Assembly (NCBI GenBank): GCA_013239625.1
Contig: MU053652.1
Location: 3,771,902 to 3,835,901, forward strand
Direction of reading: 5' to 3'
DNA length: 64,000 bases
Source of the DNA: Lama guanicoe
Lineage: Eukaryota
Shown: one piece after another, positions 1-12,347 of the stretch
How positions within the stretch are numbered: position 1 is the first letter of the stretch
Layout: each line of letters opens with the position of its first letter
Translations under genes and position numbers: made by a program
Notes under the pieces: generated by a model
Database searches by the model: none
Seen by the model: the letters and a program-made list of their open reading frames with translations, nothing else
Told to the model about the DNA's origin: nothing

Positions 1-1299
1 ATGCAGAGGCCCGTAATGGGGTAGGGGGCGGGCGGGCCGGCGGGCACCAGGAAGGCATCCCGCAGGAGGGGATGTAGGGTCGCGACAATGACAATGAGGG
101 ATGCGTAGTTTGCAGAGATCTACGGGTCACGAACTACTCTATCCACCTGAGAGGTGGGAGTCACTCTACCCATTTTGCAAATGGGCAAACTGAGGCTCTG
201 ATAGGTGAATCGCTAAAGAAAGCCCAGCTGGTAACTGGATTGGGAGGACCCCTAGGCGGGGCTCCGTCTCACCGAGGTCTGCGTGTCTTGGGGGCCGAGA
301 GCCAGGGTCACCACCGGGACCCGACCAGTCTGAGCGAGGCCAGTGGCAGAACAGTCGCCGCCCAGACAGCTCTAGGTTAGGGTGGGGAACCTACCTTCCA
401 GATACCCCTCCCCCCAGCCCTGCCTTGTAGAGTGGAAGGTAGCGGGAGACCGAGGCTTGATGGATGACCTCTTCGCCCAACATCTTCAGCACAACGGACT
501 GCCATGGAGAGGGCGAGGTTAGGGGTTAGGGAAGCAGAATGGGGCAAGGATCAGGAAAGAACTAAGACGACCAGAGAGACAAGTCGCAACGTCAAGAAAA
601 AGAAGGGCCGTGTCCGGGGTCAGAGCGAGAGGCGCCGAGTCTTCCAGATTGGAGTAGGCAAGGTTATCCTTCCTAAAGATTTAGGGGTCTTTCCTAAGCC
701 TGACCCGAGGGTCGAAGAACCCAGAACTTGGCATCCAGGATACACAGCTTGGGGCGGAGTTGGATGTTGATTGGGAAGCAGAAAGGCTCTTTGTATTGGG
801 AGGATATAGCCTCGGCCAGAGAGACGTTCGACCAGAGGAGTGAAGGCAGGATGCAGGTGGGCGTAGGGTGAGAGGGGCAGGGCAGCAAAGTGAGGATCTG
901 AGGTCGCCCTGAGCCATCTCCCCCGCTGCCAGCTCCTGGAGCCGAAAGGGATCCGCAGTATCGGGTCCCCAGGGGCCGCCCCCTCACCGTAGAGGTCCAG
1001 CTCTGGTTACCGGCCAGGCCCTCTCCCTAAAATATGTATGAGTCCTTGTGGGTGCAGTTTCGCGTCCCCTCCCGGAGTGGGGTTGGGGGCGTCGGGGTGC
1101 TCGGGGAGCCAAGCAGGGGAGAAAGCAACGCTGGCTCCTGAGACCCGGGAGGTCTCAATTTTCAGCCGCGCCTTTAAGAAAAGGTGGAAACTAGATCTGT
1201 CTCGACCGCGCCCCCGCCCCGCCAGCCCCGACGGCCGGACCTCGCGGCCTGGTGGCTCGCTTTGCTCTGTGCGGTGTCTGGTTCTCGACAGCAGGTGAA

Positions 1300-1472
1300 T
1301 GGGCCCGGGCGGGGCGCACTGGGTACGGGGGGCGGGGCGCACGCTATAAAGGGGGAGCGACTGGCCGCGGGGGACATTCGAAGCCGGCATGGCCCGCGCT
1401 ACCGCATTGCGGTCCCAGGTGCAACGCGCCCCTACCACCCAGCATCCTACAGCCCTCGGGGATCAGGTAGGG
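1300..1472 (+). promoter_or_regulatory. Distal TATA-containing core promoter with putative short first exon
   Basis: GC boxes (GGGCGGGG) at ~1307 and ~1330, TATAAAG at 1345-1351, splice-donor-like CAG|GTAGGG with GT at 1467-1468. Confidence 0.55.
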
Positions 1473-2914
1473 AGCGGATAGGGACTCAGGAAGTTCTGGG
1501 AGACCTGGCTGGGTGAGGGAATGCGTGCAGGCTCGGGAGGGGTTAATGTGGAGCCTCTCTCCTCCCCCTTTTCGGCCTGTTGGGCCCTGTGCCTTTCTCC
1601 TGATCTTCCCAGTCCCGGCCTCGGCGCACCACGCCCCATCTCTGGCGGCGCTGAGAGGGACATCAAGGCCCCGCGATTCGCCGGGTCAGTCCGCTTGGGA
1701 TGGGGGTCTTGCCTCCTCCTCTGGCTGCGACAACCAGGGCCGGAGCAGGCCCCGCCTAGAAGTCAGACCTATTGAAAGGTTCATATCCGAACCATCACTC
1801 TCGGCCCCTCCCAGCTAGGCAGGGGCGGGAGTGTAGACCCTCACTGCCACCATCTACTCCCTTCTCTCGAGTCCAGGACACAGTGCTAATGGTCTTCAAT
1901 CTTAATACAAGAGATCTTTAGATTTGATGGGAGTATCGGCTAGGCACCTTCCTTTTTAGGGGCTTTTCAACCTCCAGACATACTGGGGTCGATCGGGAGA
2001 ACTAAGAGCTAAAAGGCAGGAGGACGGATTAACGTTTTATTTTAATCGGGTTTTGAACTGTGATTGCCGTCTGGGCAGCCAGGCGGGGCTGAGACAGGAA
2101 AGGGCAACCAAAGCAGCAGTGGGTGGGGGCGCTCCGGGCTCAGGATGCTGGGGAAAGAGGAAAAGCCACCCCAACCCTGACAGCCGGGGAGTCTCCTAGC
2201 CTCTGCCCCGCCCCTCGGAATGCTCCGGGTCGTAGCCGAGCGAAGGACGGTTGAAAAGGAAAAGGATCTAATCCGTGTCCGCGCCCCAGCCTTTGCCCGC
2301 CCCGCCTCCTCCCGGGGGAGCCACTGCCGCAGTAGGGGGAAAGGGGGATGGGAACGAGTCTGGGGGCGGCTCCCCACCCCTCCCCCTCCCGGGACAGGCA
2401 GCCTTTGTTCACAGTGGCGGCAGTGGCCAGACACCTGTGGGGCCGCAGAACTGCGCGAGCGTAGGTGGGTGAAGACGTGGCGGAAGCCCCTCGTACCCAC
2501 TCCAGCTCTGCGCCCCCAGGTCCGCGCTGGCCCACTGAGACAACTCAGCCTTGCGCACCTTACTGCGGGGGAGACTGCGGAGATCCGTCCAGTGACCCCA
2601 CAGTGTGTCCCAAATCCAAATGCATTTCCCCTCCCCCAGCCCAGGATCGGATTTCCAATCTCGCTACGCTACACACACCTCGGCTAGCTCCCGGCTCAGA
2701 GGGCGGTGGGGTGGCAGGGCGTCGGGGCGCACCTCGGCCAGCTGCACCCCGGCCTGAAGGCAGGAGGCAGGGATAGAGGGCGGGCGGCGAGACCCCATGG
2801 GTCCAGACTCGGCCGGGTTGGGCGAGCAGGCGGGGCTCCCAGTGTCTCGGCAGTCCGGGTCGGGCGTGCCCTGCGCAGCGCACCAACGGGAGCCACATTC
2901 AAGGTGAATCATCC

Positions 2915-3477
2915 CCGGCCCGCCCCCTGCCCCTCCTCCGCTTTACGGCACCTGAGCCAATGGCGCGGCGCAGGGGGCGGGCGGGGCTCATGGGGCGGTA
3001 AACCCTCCCAGAGTCATTATCTCTGCACTCTGTCTAGCCCCTGCACCTCAGCGCCGGAGCCGGCGGGCCTCCGTCCGGCCGCGCCGTCCGGAGCATCCTG
3101 CGTACACTTTTCCTTGGGCTCCGCGGCCCCCTTGCCTCTCCTGCCCTACCAGGCCTGCCCCGCGGAGGCGGCTCCTCCTCAGGTGTCTGGGCCGGGGCCT
3201 CCCCTAGCAGACCTGTCACCCGACACCCAGGAAGCGCGCGGCCCCATCCCGGCTCCTCTTTGTTCCCCCGCCGGGCTTCGCGCTCGGGCGCCGCCTCCTC
3301 CAGCGTCGCGCTGTGGAGGTTCGGGGCGCCGCCTTCGGTGTGGCCCGGGCGAGCCTCGGGTTCCATCCATCGGCCCGCTCCGAACCAGGGTGCTTTCTTG
3401 CCTTGTTTCTCCGGTGTGGACTCCGTGCGGAGCTGGGAGGCGGCGGTGCGCCCAGCCCGGAGCCGGCGCAGGTGAGT
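2915..3477 (+). promoter_or_regulatory. Proximal CCAAT/GC-box promoter with putative first exon ending at a consensus donor
   Basis: CCGCCC near 2920, AGCCAATGG (CCAAT 2957-2961), GC boxes 2973-2998, consensus donor CAG|GTGAGT (GT 3472-3473); about 5 kb upstream of miR-183. Confidence 0.55.
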
Positions 3478-6400
3478 GTCCGGGGCGGGGCCGGGCGGAG
3501 CCAGTGCCGGGCGAGGAAGAGAAGGTGGAGGCGGGCGCCCCGGGGCGAGGAGTGCTAGAACCAGAGTTGCGGGCGGGCGGGCGGGAGGCGGGGGCTGCTC
3601 TGGCCGCCGGCCTTCGAGGATGACGCGTCCGTGCGGCCTCCTGGCTCTCCCGCGTCTTCCGGCGGCGTCGTCCACGCGGTCCCATGGTCCTGGGTCCCCC
3701 AGTGGAGCCTGCTGTGCGCCCAGCGCATGTGCCCCGGACTCCGGGCAGCTGCGCAGCTTAGAGTACGGCTGGTGTTTGGCAAGGTGCGTATCTGCTTGGG
3801 CCCTGCACCTCCCCGGGGAATGGAGCGGGGGTCGCGCCTGCGTTTCGCCGCCCTGTTGGGCTCAGGTGGAAGCGCAAGGCTAGGGGGAGGGCTGCAATTT
3901 AGGGCTGGGGGAGGCTTCCTGCTCTGAGAGGTAGTTCCTTCAGCCTCTTCTCTGGGCATTGCGGCAGGTCGTTACCGCTTCTGTGGCCCCGGCGCGGCCC
4001 CGCCCAGTCTCTGGGGGAAAGCATTTCTCGAATCTCCAGCTGGCTTCTGCTTCGCGGCCACCCATCCTGGGAACCTCGGAGCACGAGGCTGAGACACCCT
4101 CCCTCTTTGCCCCTACATCCCTGTTGTTGCTAGCGAACACCCGAGGCCCCTGAGCAATGCTCTGGGGTGGAAGGCTGGACCTCGCGCCTCGGGCGCCTCA
4201 CTGTTGCGCACATCCTAGGAACTGAGTTGGGAGGGTGCCGACCCGGAGTCAGGGAACACTCCATTCCCTGGGCCCCTCCAGACTGAGCCATTCACTTTCC
4301 CTCCCCTCAGCCCTAGCATCCCTACACTGTGTATAGACGTACCCGCAGGGGGCTGGGGTACTAATAATGGCTCAGAGCGATTAGGAGCCGGCGGTGACCT
4401 AATCAACTTCCCCACCCCCACCCTCACCCCTTAGGTGAGGACCCAGCCTCTCTGCATTCTGCCCGGCTTCGCAAAGCTCTTGAGGATTAAAAGCCCGATT
4501 TTCCTCCTGGGGGCCAGGTGGCGGATATCTGCGTTATGTCCCTGGTTCTCTGGTCAGGTCACTCGGCTGCACCGGGTGTGCACCACCCTCTGTCCGGCCC
4601 TCAGTGGGTCCGAGGGGCACCGAGTCGGCAGGTCTTTGGGCCGAGAAAGAAATCTATCCTGACTGTGGACCGACCGCGCCCAAAGGAATGTGGCCCCAAG
4701 CCCAGCTCTCAGCCTCAACCGGCCAGCGCATTCCCCACGAGGTTCGTGGTTCAGATCCTGGCCGTCGAGCCTTAGCCTCCGCTGCTTGTCTCTTTACTGC
4801 TGGTCGCCGCCCCTTCCTGCCTGAAGGAGGCCCTGGCCCTGCTATTGGGAGGGAACTAAAGCCTCTGGAGTCGGCCTTATGCAAAGGAAAAAAAAAAAAA
4901 ATCCCGAGGTACCAGTCTCACTTGTGAGAATTTCGTTTATACCTTTTCCCCTGCGAGGTGGGTTAACGGGTCCCAGTGGCTCCTGGCTTGAGCCCATAGT
5001 TCTTGCCCCGTCGAGGAAATGGTGGGTGCGCTGGCGTCCAGGGCCGCAACGAAAACCGCTTTGGGCCCCTCCTCTAGTACCTCATGGGGAGACACAGCGG
5101 CAGGCACTATTCCCTGGGCATGTCCGAGGGCCCCAATCGCCCCCAGCCTCCAGCTCCTTGGGCCTCAGAGACATTCGATGGAGACCAGGTCAGAGCCGGG
5201 CGTGGGCAGCGCAACTCAGATCCGGGACTCCGGAATCATTGTGTAAATGGTAAATGGAGAGCCCTGGGGCTTCGGGATGCAGAAAGACCCTGGATCTCAA
5301 AGTGCTTGACCTCCCGGGATGTGCTAGCACTGGAAGGGAGCTTGGGACCTGCCCTGTGCTACTGAGCGCTTGCTCTAACAGGAGGGAATCCTCAAGTGAG
5401 TCTGAGTGTCTCAAGATGGCCCTAGCACAGTGCAGGATGGTGAGGCTGAGACCACCCGCGGGAGGGAGGGTGTCAGCAGAAACCTTGTAGAGTGTGTAGG
5501 ATACATGAGATGGTCAAGTATTTTGGTGGCACTGGCGTCAAATGCCTCCCTACCTGGCCCACGGGTCCTATCGCCTTTATTAGACAAGCACCCGGTGTTC
5601 TTTTCTTTGCCAGGAACTTGCTCCTGGCCAGGGTGGGACACAGGGAACAGCCTGCTGGGGGACCTTATCTTCATCTTCCCACTCCCAGAAGTGGATTTCT
5701 GTGGCTTTGGATCTCCAGGTTAGGGCTGTCCCCCCTCCCCAGGGAGGGCAGAGGTGGTTGCTCTGGGGACTCCCCTAGAATCAGAGGCCAGTTTTGCCCT
5801 TTGACCTTTCAAATGAAGCTTTTGTTGCTTACTACCCTCCCAGCTCCCCTGGTCTCCCATTTCAGCAAATGGGGGAATCCCTGCTCTCCTGGGGCCCATA
5901 CCTGGGCCCACACCAGCTGAGATTGGATAAGTACTGCAGGGTGCTGGGACTTGACCCCAGCGGGGATGGCAATTGAGGCACTGCGGCACTGGGTCCTGCC
6001 GCATTCTCGTTAGCAGGAGTGAGGCAGGCGCAGGGGAGGAGCCTTGCCAAGCCTTGCACTGAGAACTGGAGGCCGGAAGGGGATTTGGCCTTCTAAGCTG
6101 TTCTCTGCACTCCCTCCCGAGTCAGTTGCAAAGATGAGGAAAACAGACAGAGTCTCCACAGAGATGCCACAGTTAGTCAGGAGATCACCCAAGACCCCGG
6201 CCACCTGTTACCGTGCTCTCTTACCTATGGTCCCTTTTATTTCCTGGGCTGGGGGAGCAGGATCCATAACTACAGCCCTTTCCTCAGACCTCTGCCTGCT
6301 CCTCGGTTGCCTGGTACCTGGCGTGCCAAGTGTTGCCCCCCAGAGAAAAGAAAGAAAAAGGAATTTAGGGTTCTGTTTTAAATACCTGGCGTACAGCTTC

Positions 6401-7934
6401 TCATTGCTTAGAATGGAGGTCTTGGGAAAGAGCTCCTGCATTTCCCCCAGAGGATCTGCATTCCCATTGCCTGGGTACCTATTAAGATGCAGATTTTCAG
6501 TGGGCCCACTAATCTGCATTTCAACTGCCCCTTGGGTGAATCTGCTGGTTACACTCTGAGCTCTGTTGCAAACTACCTCCTCTAGGCCCACCATCTTTGC
6601 TAATGTGGTTCCCCCCGCCCCCCAGGCTGGGAGATACCCTCTCTTCCTTTAGTGGAGTTCAGAGTTGTAGTGGGGGAAACTGAGGCAGAATGCCAAGGAG
6701 TGACTTCCAAAGACCTCTGCCCCACCAAACTGGGCTCCACCAGTGGGGTGTGTTGGGGTAGGACTGGGAATCCCTGAGGGTGGGGAGGGTGGAGCATAGA
6801 AATAGAGCAGTGATTTGGGCCCCCCTGGCCACAAGTGACAAGGGCAGACTTGGGCGAGGATTTGGTGTAGGTGCAAGCAAGGCTCCTAGCAGCCTTGAGG
6901 TCACTGGAAGAAGCATCGCAAAGGGGTTTTCTTAGGTCCTGGGCCAGAGAACTCACTCTGACCCTTCCAGGGGGCCTCTCTAGTCACCCTGCCCTCTGGG
7001 TACCAGGCTGGCCTGGACTTCGGTTCTACAGAGTCTGCAGCCCTAGGCACCAGCTCCTCTGGGACCGACCCTCTCTCCCTTCCCTAGGGCGCCAGGCACC
7101 AGAGGCAGGAGCCGCCACAGCGACTTCTCTCCAGGCAGCCACTCTGGCAACCACTGATGCAACCCTTCCTGGCCCCTCCCTTGCCTCTGCTTTCCTCTGC
7201 AGTTCCCCCAAGAGCCAGCCAGAAGCCGCTCCCCTTGCTGGAGGGCAGCTGTGCCTCCAGCTACCTCCACGCTGCCTCCTTGGCCGTGGGTCTTCCTGCC
7301 CACCTGCCCTCCTGTCTTGGTCTTTGCCACAGGCCAGCAGCAGAGATGCCCAGCCTGGGCAATTCACGGTCTGGCCTGGTTTGGGATGGGAGTCCAGGGA
7401 GCAGCAGGTTTGGACTGTCCCCTGGGGCTCTGTTTCTGCCACAGGGCAAGCTAGGGGAAGGAGAAGGAAGGAAGGTGGAGGGAGACCAAGGCATCTTGGA
7501 ACAGATTGCAAGTGTCTGTGCTCAGAGGCCAGGAGAGGCACTCTGGATGTCCTGCTGGTCCTGTCCCTTTGGGGCCTGGCATGATGGGCAGAGAGGAGGC
7601 CCTGGCCAGTTGCTTGTTGCTCTGAGCTACATTTACTCCATCCTCAGCCTCAACAAGGATAGGCTGAGAGAGGTGGAGGGACTGCGGGGGGCCTTCTGAT
7701 TGAGACAGGAAACACCTTGACATGGACATCTCCCCAACACCTCACTTCGGAGCCAAGAGTTCGACCCTTCTTCCTCAGTGTCATTGTCTCCCCTAAAGTC
7801 ATCGTGGGCTGAGACAAGGCATGTCTAGCTTGTGAAGGTGTGGGGTGTGGAGGGCTGCTAAGTGGTGGGTGGGAGGCCGGGCACTGCCTGGAGCTGGGGG
7901 CTGGGAGCGGGGGTCTCTCCGCAGGGTCCTCAGG

Positions 7935-8044
7935 CCGGAGAGTGTGACTCCTGTTCTGTGTATGGCACTGGTAGAATTCACTGTGAACAGTCTCGGTCAG
8001 TGAATTACCGAAGGGCCATAAACAGAGCAGAGACAGATCCGCGA
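7935..8044 (+). ncRNA. MIR183: pre-miR-183 (5p 7961-7982, 3p 8000-8021)
   Basis: TATGGCACTGGTAGAATTCACT and GTGAATTACCGAAGGGCCATAA match mature miR-183-5p/3p; the arms are complementary. Confidence 0.99.
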
Positions 8045-8200
8045 GTGTCTCGGGAGCATGTCACCCCCACTTTACCCCTTCATAGTGGGACTGGATGTTG
8101 GAAATGGGCTGCTTCCAGGAGGTGCAGGGATGCTTAAGACCACCCCCAACCCCACCCCTGGCAAGGGGGCCCCGGAGGGCCCACATCACTACCATCTGCT

Positions 8201-8278
8201 TGGCCGATTTTGGCACTAGCACATTTTTGCTTGTGTCTCTCCGCTCTGAGCAATCATGTGCAGTGCCAATATGGGAAA
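8201..8278 (+). ncRNA. MIR96: pre-miR-96 (5p 8209-8231, 3p 8252-8273)
   Basis: TTTGGCACTAGCACATTTTTGCT and AATCATGTGCAGTGCCAATATG match mature miR-96-5p/3p; ~160 bp downstream of pre-miR-183. Confidence 0.99.
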
Positions 8279-11200
8279 AGCAGGACGCTGCAGCCATGTT
8301 CCCCTTCCCCTTGCAGCCTGTGTCTGGGCCCCAGCGTCTCCTTGCTGTCTCCCTGGTCCATCTGGCTCAGCTGCTGGGAGGGCCTCGGCCAGTGGGCAGC
8401 CAGATCGCCTTACACTGCCTGGGGCCACAGCAGAGCTGGAAGCCCCGCAATCGGAGCTGGGCCAGCAGATGGGGCTGCCCGCGGCCGTGGAGGGGGGTCA
8501 CCATCTGTAGGGCCAGCCTGGGTGGTGCCACGGGTCAGAAAGCTTGGCTCCCAGCACACCTTTGGGGTGAGACCTTAGCTGGCAGCACAGGGCCTGGCCT
8601 TCTGCTGCAGGAGCTGAGGGAGGCAGCTCCTGGCACTGGGGTGTCCTTGAGGTCAGGCTGGGTGTTTGTGGGGGGTGTCGCCCCTGGGGCAGAGCCTGAT
8701 GTGGAGTAGGTCACCTAGATAGCACTAGGAGCAGGGTACTTGGCAAGCTTGGAGTTCAGTGTGGTTCAGGCCCTGCCCTGCCTGGAAGGTTCTGGGGCAG
8801 AGGCCAGCGGTCCCCTTCGTACACCACTCACTAGAATATGGAACCTGGGCTCCTTGGATGTTGGCTGATTATTGAATATTTGCCGTCTGTGGGTGTACCA
8901 GGCAACATTACATAGGTCATCTCGTTGATCTCTACCACAACCGTGTGGGGTGTGGAAGTTTTAAAATTCATGTTATATAGACAAGGAAACAGGCTCCGAG
9001 AGGAAAGACCTGGCTGAAGAGGCCAGTCTGTGAGAGGTAGGGCTGGCCCGAGTGACACTTCAGCCACCAGCCACAACTTGTATGGGTCAGCCTCACTGAC
9101 AGATTTTGTGCTGTGGGTGCCCCCCGTCCCCAGGGCTTGGAGGCATCTCAGCTCTGAACCTACAGGCCTGGGCTCCCAAGGATGCCCCAGACAGCAGAGA
9201 TGGAGGCTGAGAGGCCTGGACCCAGTAGGGGAGAGCCTGGCCAGCCAGGCTGTCCCTGCATGGAGCCCTGGTGACAGCAGTCAGCAAAAGGCCTGCCAGC
9301 TGACCTGGGAGACTGACCAGCCCAAAGCCATCAGACCTGAAGTCACTGGTCTTGTTCTTGATGGAGCTATTTCTCCCTGGGGAGGGTGAGTCTCAGGCAA
9401 GGGCTGGTGACTTAGTCTGCATTGCTAAAAGCCGTTTTTGGTTTCTGAGCCAGGGAGTGATTGGTGGCGGGGGAGAGTGCGTGGTGGAGGCTGTGCAGTG
9501 GAGGATGGCAGGATCCAGTGGGCTGTTCCCAACCCCTCCTGCCCAGGGCTCTAGGGACCACCTTAGATGGATCAGGCTGTTTCTCTGCCTGTTCCTAAAC
9601 GGGGAGGAGCCCCTGAGTCTCTCCTGGGTGATGGTGTCCCAATGCAGAAGCTCTTCCAAGCCCTGCAGAAAAAGGAGCTGTTGTCTTCTGCAGCTGGGTC
9701 TCCCCACTGGCTGGCCTGTGCTGTCTTGTCTCTGCTCCAGGCCTAAAATGGCTGATCTGCCTGCAAGCTTTCCTTCAGGGCTCCAGGTCTGAGGGGCAGG
9801 GAAAAAGGGAGTGACCCTTGGGGGTGGGCACGGGCAGAGAGACCCAGCAGTGGTGTTAGAAGGTCACTGGGTGTGATAGGGCATCCCTGGAACTTCTGAA
9901 GGATGGCCCTTCCAGCGGCAAAACAGAGCAGCTGCCCCTCAGACCCTGGGTGGTCGGCAGCTAGGCTCCACTTCCTGTGGCTTTGCTTATGCTCCACACA
10001 CCTGCCCAGGTGGGTGCCTTTGCTGAGCCCTGCATAGCCTGTGCTTGTTGAGGGTGTAGAGGGGCCAGTTCTGTGCCCCCAGCCAGCCTCCACTGCCTGA
10101 GGACCCAGCTCAGTGCTCCCTGGGGAAGACCTCCGGCCCCAGCTGGTTTCACCTCCTCATATTTAGTCGGTTCCAGTTCAGGCCCCAGCTTGAGTGATGA
10201 GTTCATCCCCAGTAGTGATGACCTAAGGATGGGCAGTTGAGGGGGAGAGGCCTTCTTTCTTCTCCCCATCCCTCTGGCCTTTGTTCCTCACCACCCTGTA
10301 CAGTGGGGCTGAATCCTTTGCGTGTTTCCCTGGGGAAATGGGCAAAAGGTTCTACCCACTCAACAGGCACCTCTCAGTTTTGGAGATGGTTAATCTATCC
10401 AATGCCCTGTGCCCCACAGGAATTCCTGCAGTCTGACTTGAGTCTCTCCCACTGCAGCTGAAAGCATTTTCTTGTCAGCGTGGGAAGCACTTTGCTCTGA
10501 TTTTTGGTGTTTTTTCAAGAGCAGCCGCTCCCGGGTGTCTGTCTCCCCTTGCAGGGCCCCTTGTCTGGGGGGCTTGGCGCTGCAGGAGATGGCCGCTCCC
10601 TGGAGGGGCTCTGTGAAGTGGATTTTCCAGACATCCCGCCCCTCCCCCACCACTCCATTTGCTTATTCAATCCCGGCCATTATCCCAGTCCCTGCCCTGG
10701 CTCTGCGAAATGCGATCCGGCTCCATTGATTGCCGGTGGGGGCTGCGGTGCTGCCGCGGAAGCTGAAGCCTGGCTGGTTCACCGGTGGCTGAGAAGGCCC
10801 CCTTCCCAGCGGCGCCCAGGGCCCTGGCTGCCCCTCCGGTGTGGCCCCCACGGGTAGGGGGAAGGGGCTCCAACATCCCCACACACAAACACTGCTGGGG
10901 GCCAGGGTAGCTTCCTGGCTGAGTTGCTGGCCCCCCAGGAATAGTCAGGGACCAAGATCCCAGTTTGTGCTGGTGTCCCCAACAGGCCTGTCCACCCCTG
11001 CAAGTCTTGCCTTTGCTCAGTTCTGTGACCTTCACCACCATGAAGATTTCTCTCCGCAGAGGAGCCTCTCGCAATTCCCAGGCCCAGGCCTGCTGGCCCC
11101 CCTGGGAGCACAGCTATCCCACCCCGGTGGGTATTTCTCCTGGGAGAGTCAGAATCCAGGGATGGCCTGGATCTATTTGCATCTCTGTTCTCCTGGCAGC

Positions 11201-12347
11201 CCTGCTTCACCTCAAATGGCAAGGAGGAAGGGGCAGTGGCAGCTGTCTCCTGTCCCCTGCTGAGGGCCGCAGTCCTAAGGGATGAGACCAGCCTCCCAGG
11301 CAGCTGCTTCTCCAGCCTGGGCTTCTGGTTTGGAAATGGGTCCACCTGTGATTTGGTCTCACTGCCCAGGGGGCCTTTAGGGCAAAGAGATCCTTCCAGG
11401 CCTTGGAGGGCTGGGCCACCATGCTGAATGAAGACTTGAGGTGACCATGGGGGCTTCAACACCCCTTAGAAAAGGACCTGACCACATCTGGGGGATGTGG
11501 GACACAGATATGTGCTATTCTGGGGTAAGTTACCTGGAGGCTTTGGGGAACCAGATTGCAGCCAGGCCTTCAAGGGCGTATGGAGTGGTGGGGCTGGTGC
11601 GTGTGCGGTTGCTTCCTTGGCTGGAGAATGCTGTGTTGATAGCATATTTGGCTGGTTTTGGCTTGGCCCATTCCTGCCATTGACTGGCCAGACTGAGTCA
11701 TGTCAACGATCGTGGGCGGAAGGCCCTAGCCTGCATGTTCACCCACCATCTTCAGGGAAGAGAACACAGCAAGTGGAATGCTTTGCCTCTTATGGGCTTG
11801 ATAGAGAAAAGCATTAAGTATAGAAACTCATTTCCTCCCTGTGGGGTGGGGCAGCTGAGTTTTAGGCTCCAGGGACTGGCATGGATCAATGGGACAGTGA
11901 CATGGAATGCCTGGTAAATAGCAAAGCACTGCCACTTGAGCTGTCTCTTCTCCAGAGCCCAGGTAGAGGACTCCCTGGTTTAGAGAGTTGCCCCCGTCCC
12001 AGAACCCACTACTGTTCCCCCGGGCACACTTATCCCCTGCTGAACCTCCAGCTGGTGGCCTGGACTGGAGATGCCCTATCTGTAGGGTCCCCCCAAGAGC
12101 GGGCGGGCATGGCCGCCACGCCTGGGCTGGGTTCTGAGTGCTGCCCCCTGGGTGTCCCCTCTGTCCCCACACAGTGGGACTTCATAAAAACTGGGGAGGG
12201 CTGGACTTCCACACCAGGGCAGCCAATAGGGAGGATGCCATAGGGACCTTGTCCTAGCTGTGGGGAGGGTGCCCTTCCTGGACCACACTAACTGTCCCTG
12301 TCTTTTCACAGGCCTCGGCCTCCCCAGCTCCTGGGGTCCCAGGTCTG

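Larger units (their letters stand above)
900..5250. promoter_or_regulatory. CpG island / promoter region of the miR-183/96/182 primary transcript
   Basis: Very GC-rich with abundant CpG and many GGGCGG boxes, 3-7 kb upstream of pre-miR-183. Boundaries estimated by eye. Confidence 0.85.

Noticed and set aside
8201..8278. Deafness-type variant in the miR-96 seed
   Set aside because: The seed TTGGCAC and both arms match wild-type miR-96.
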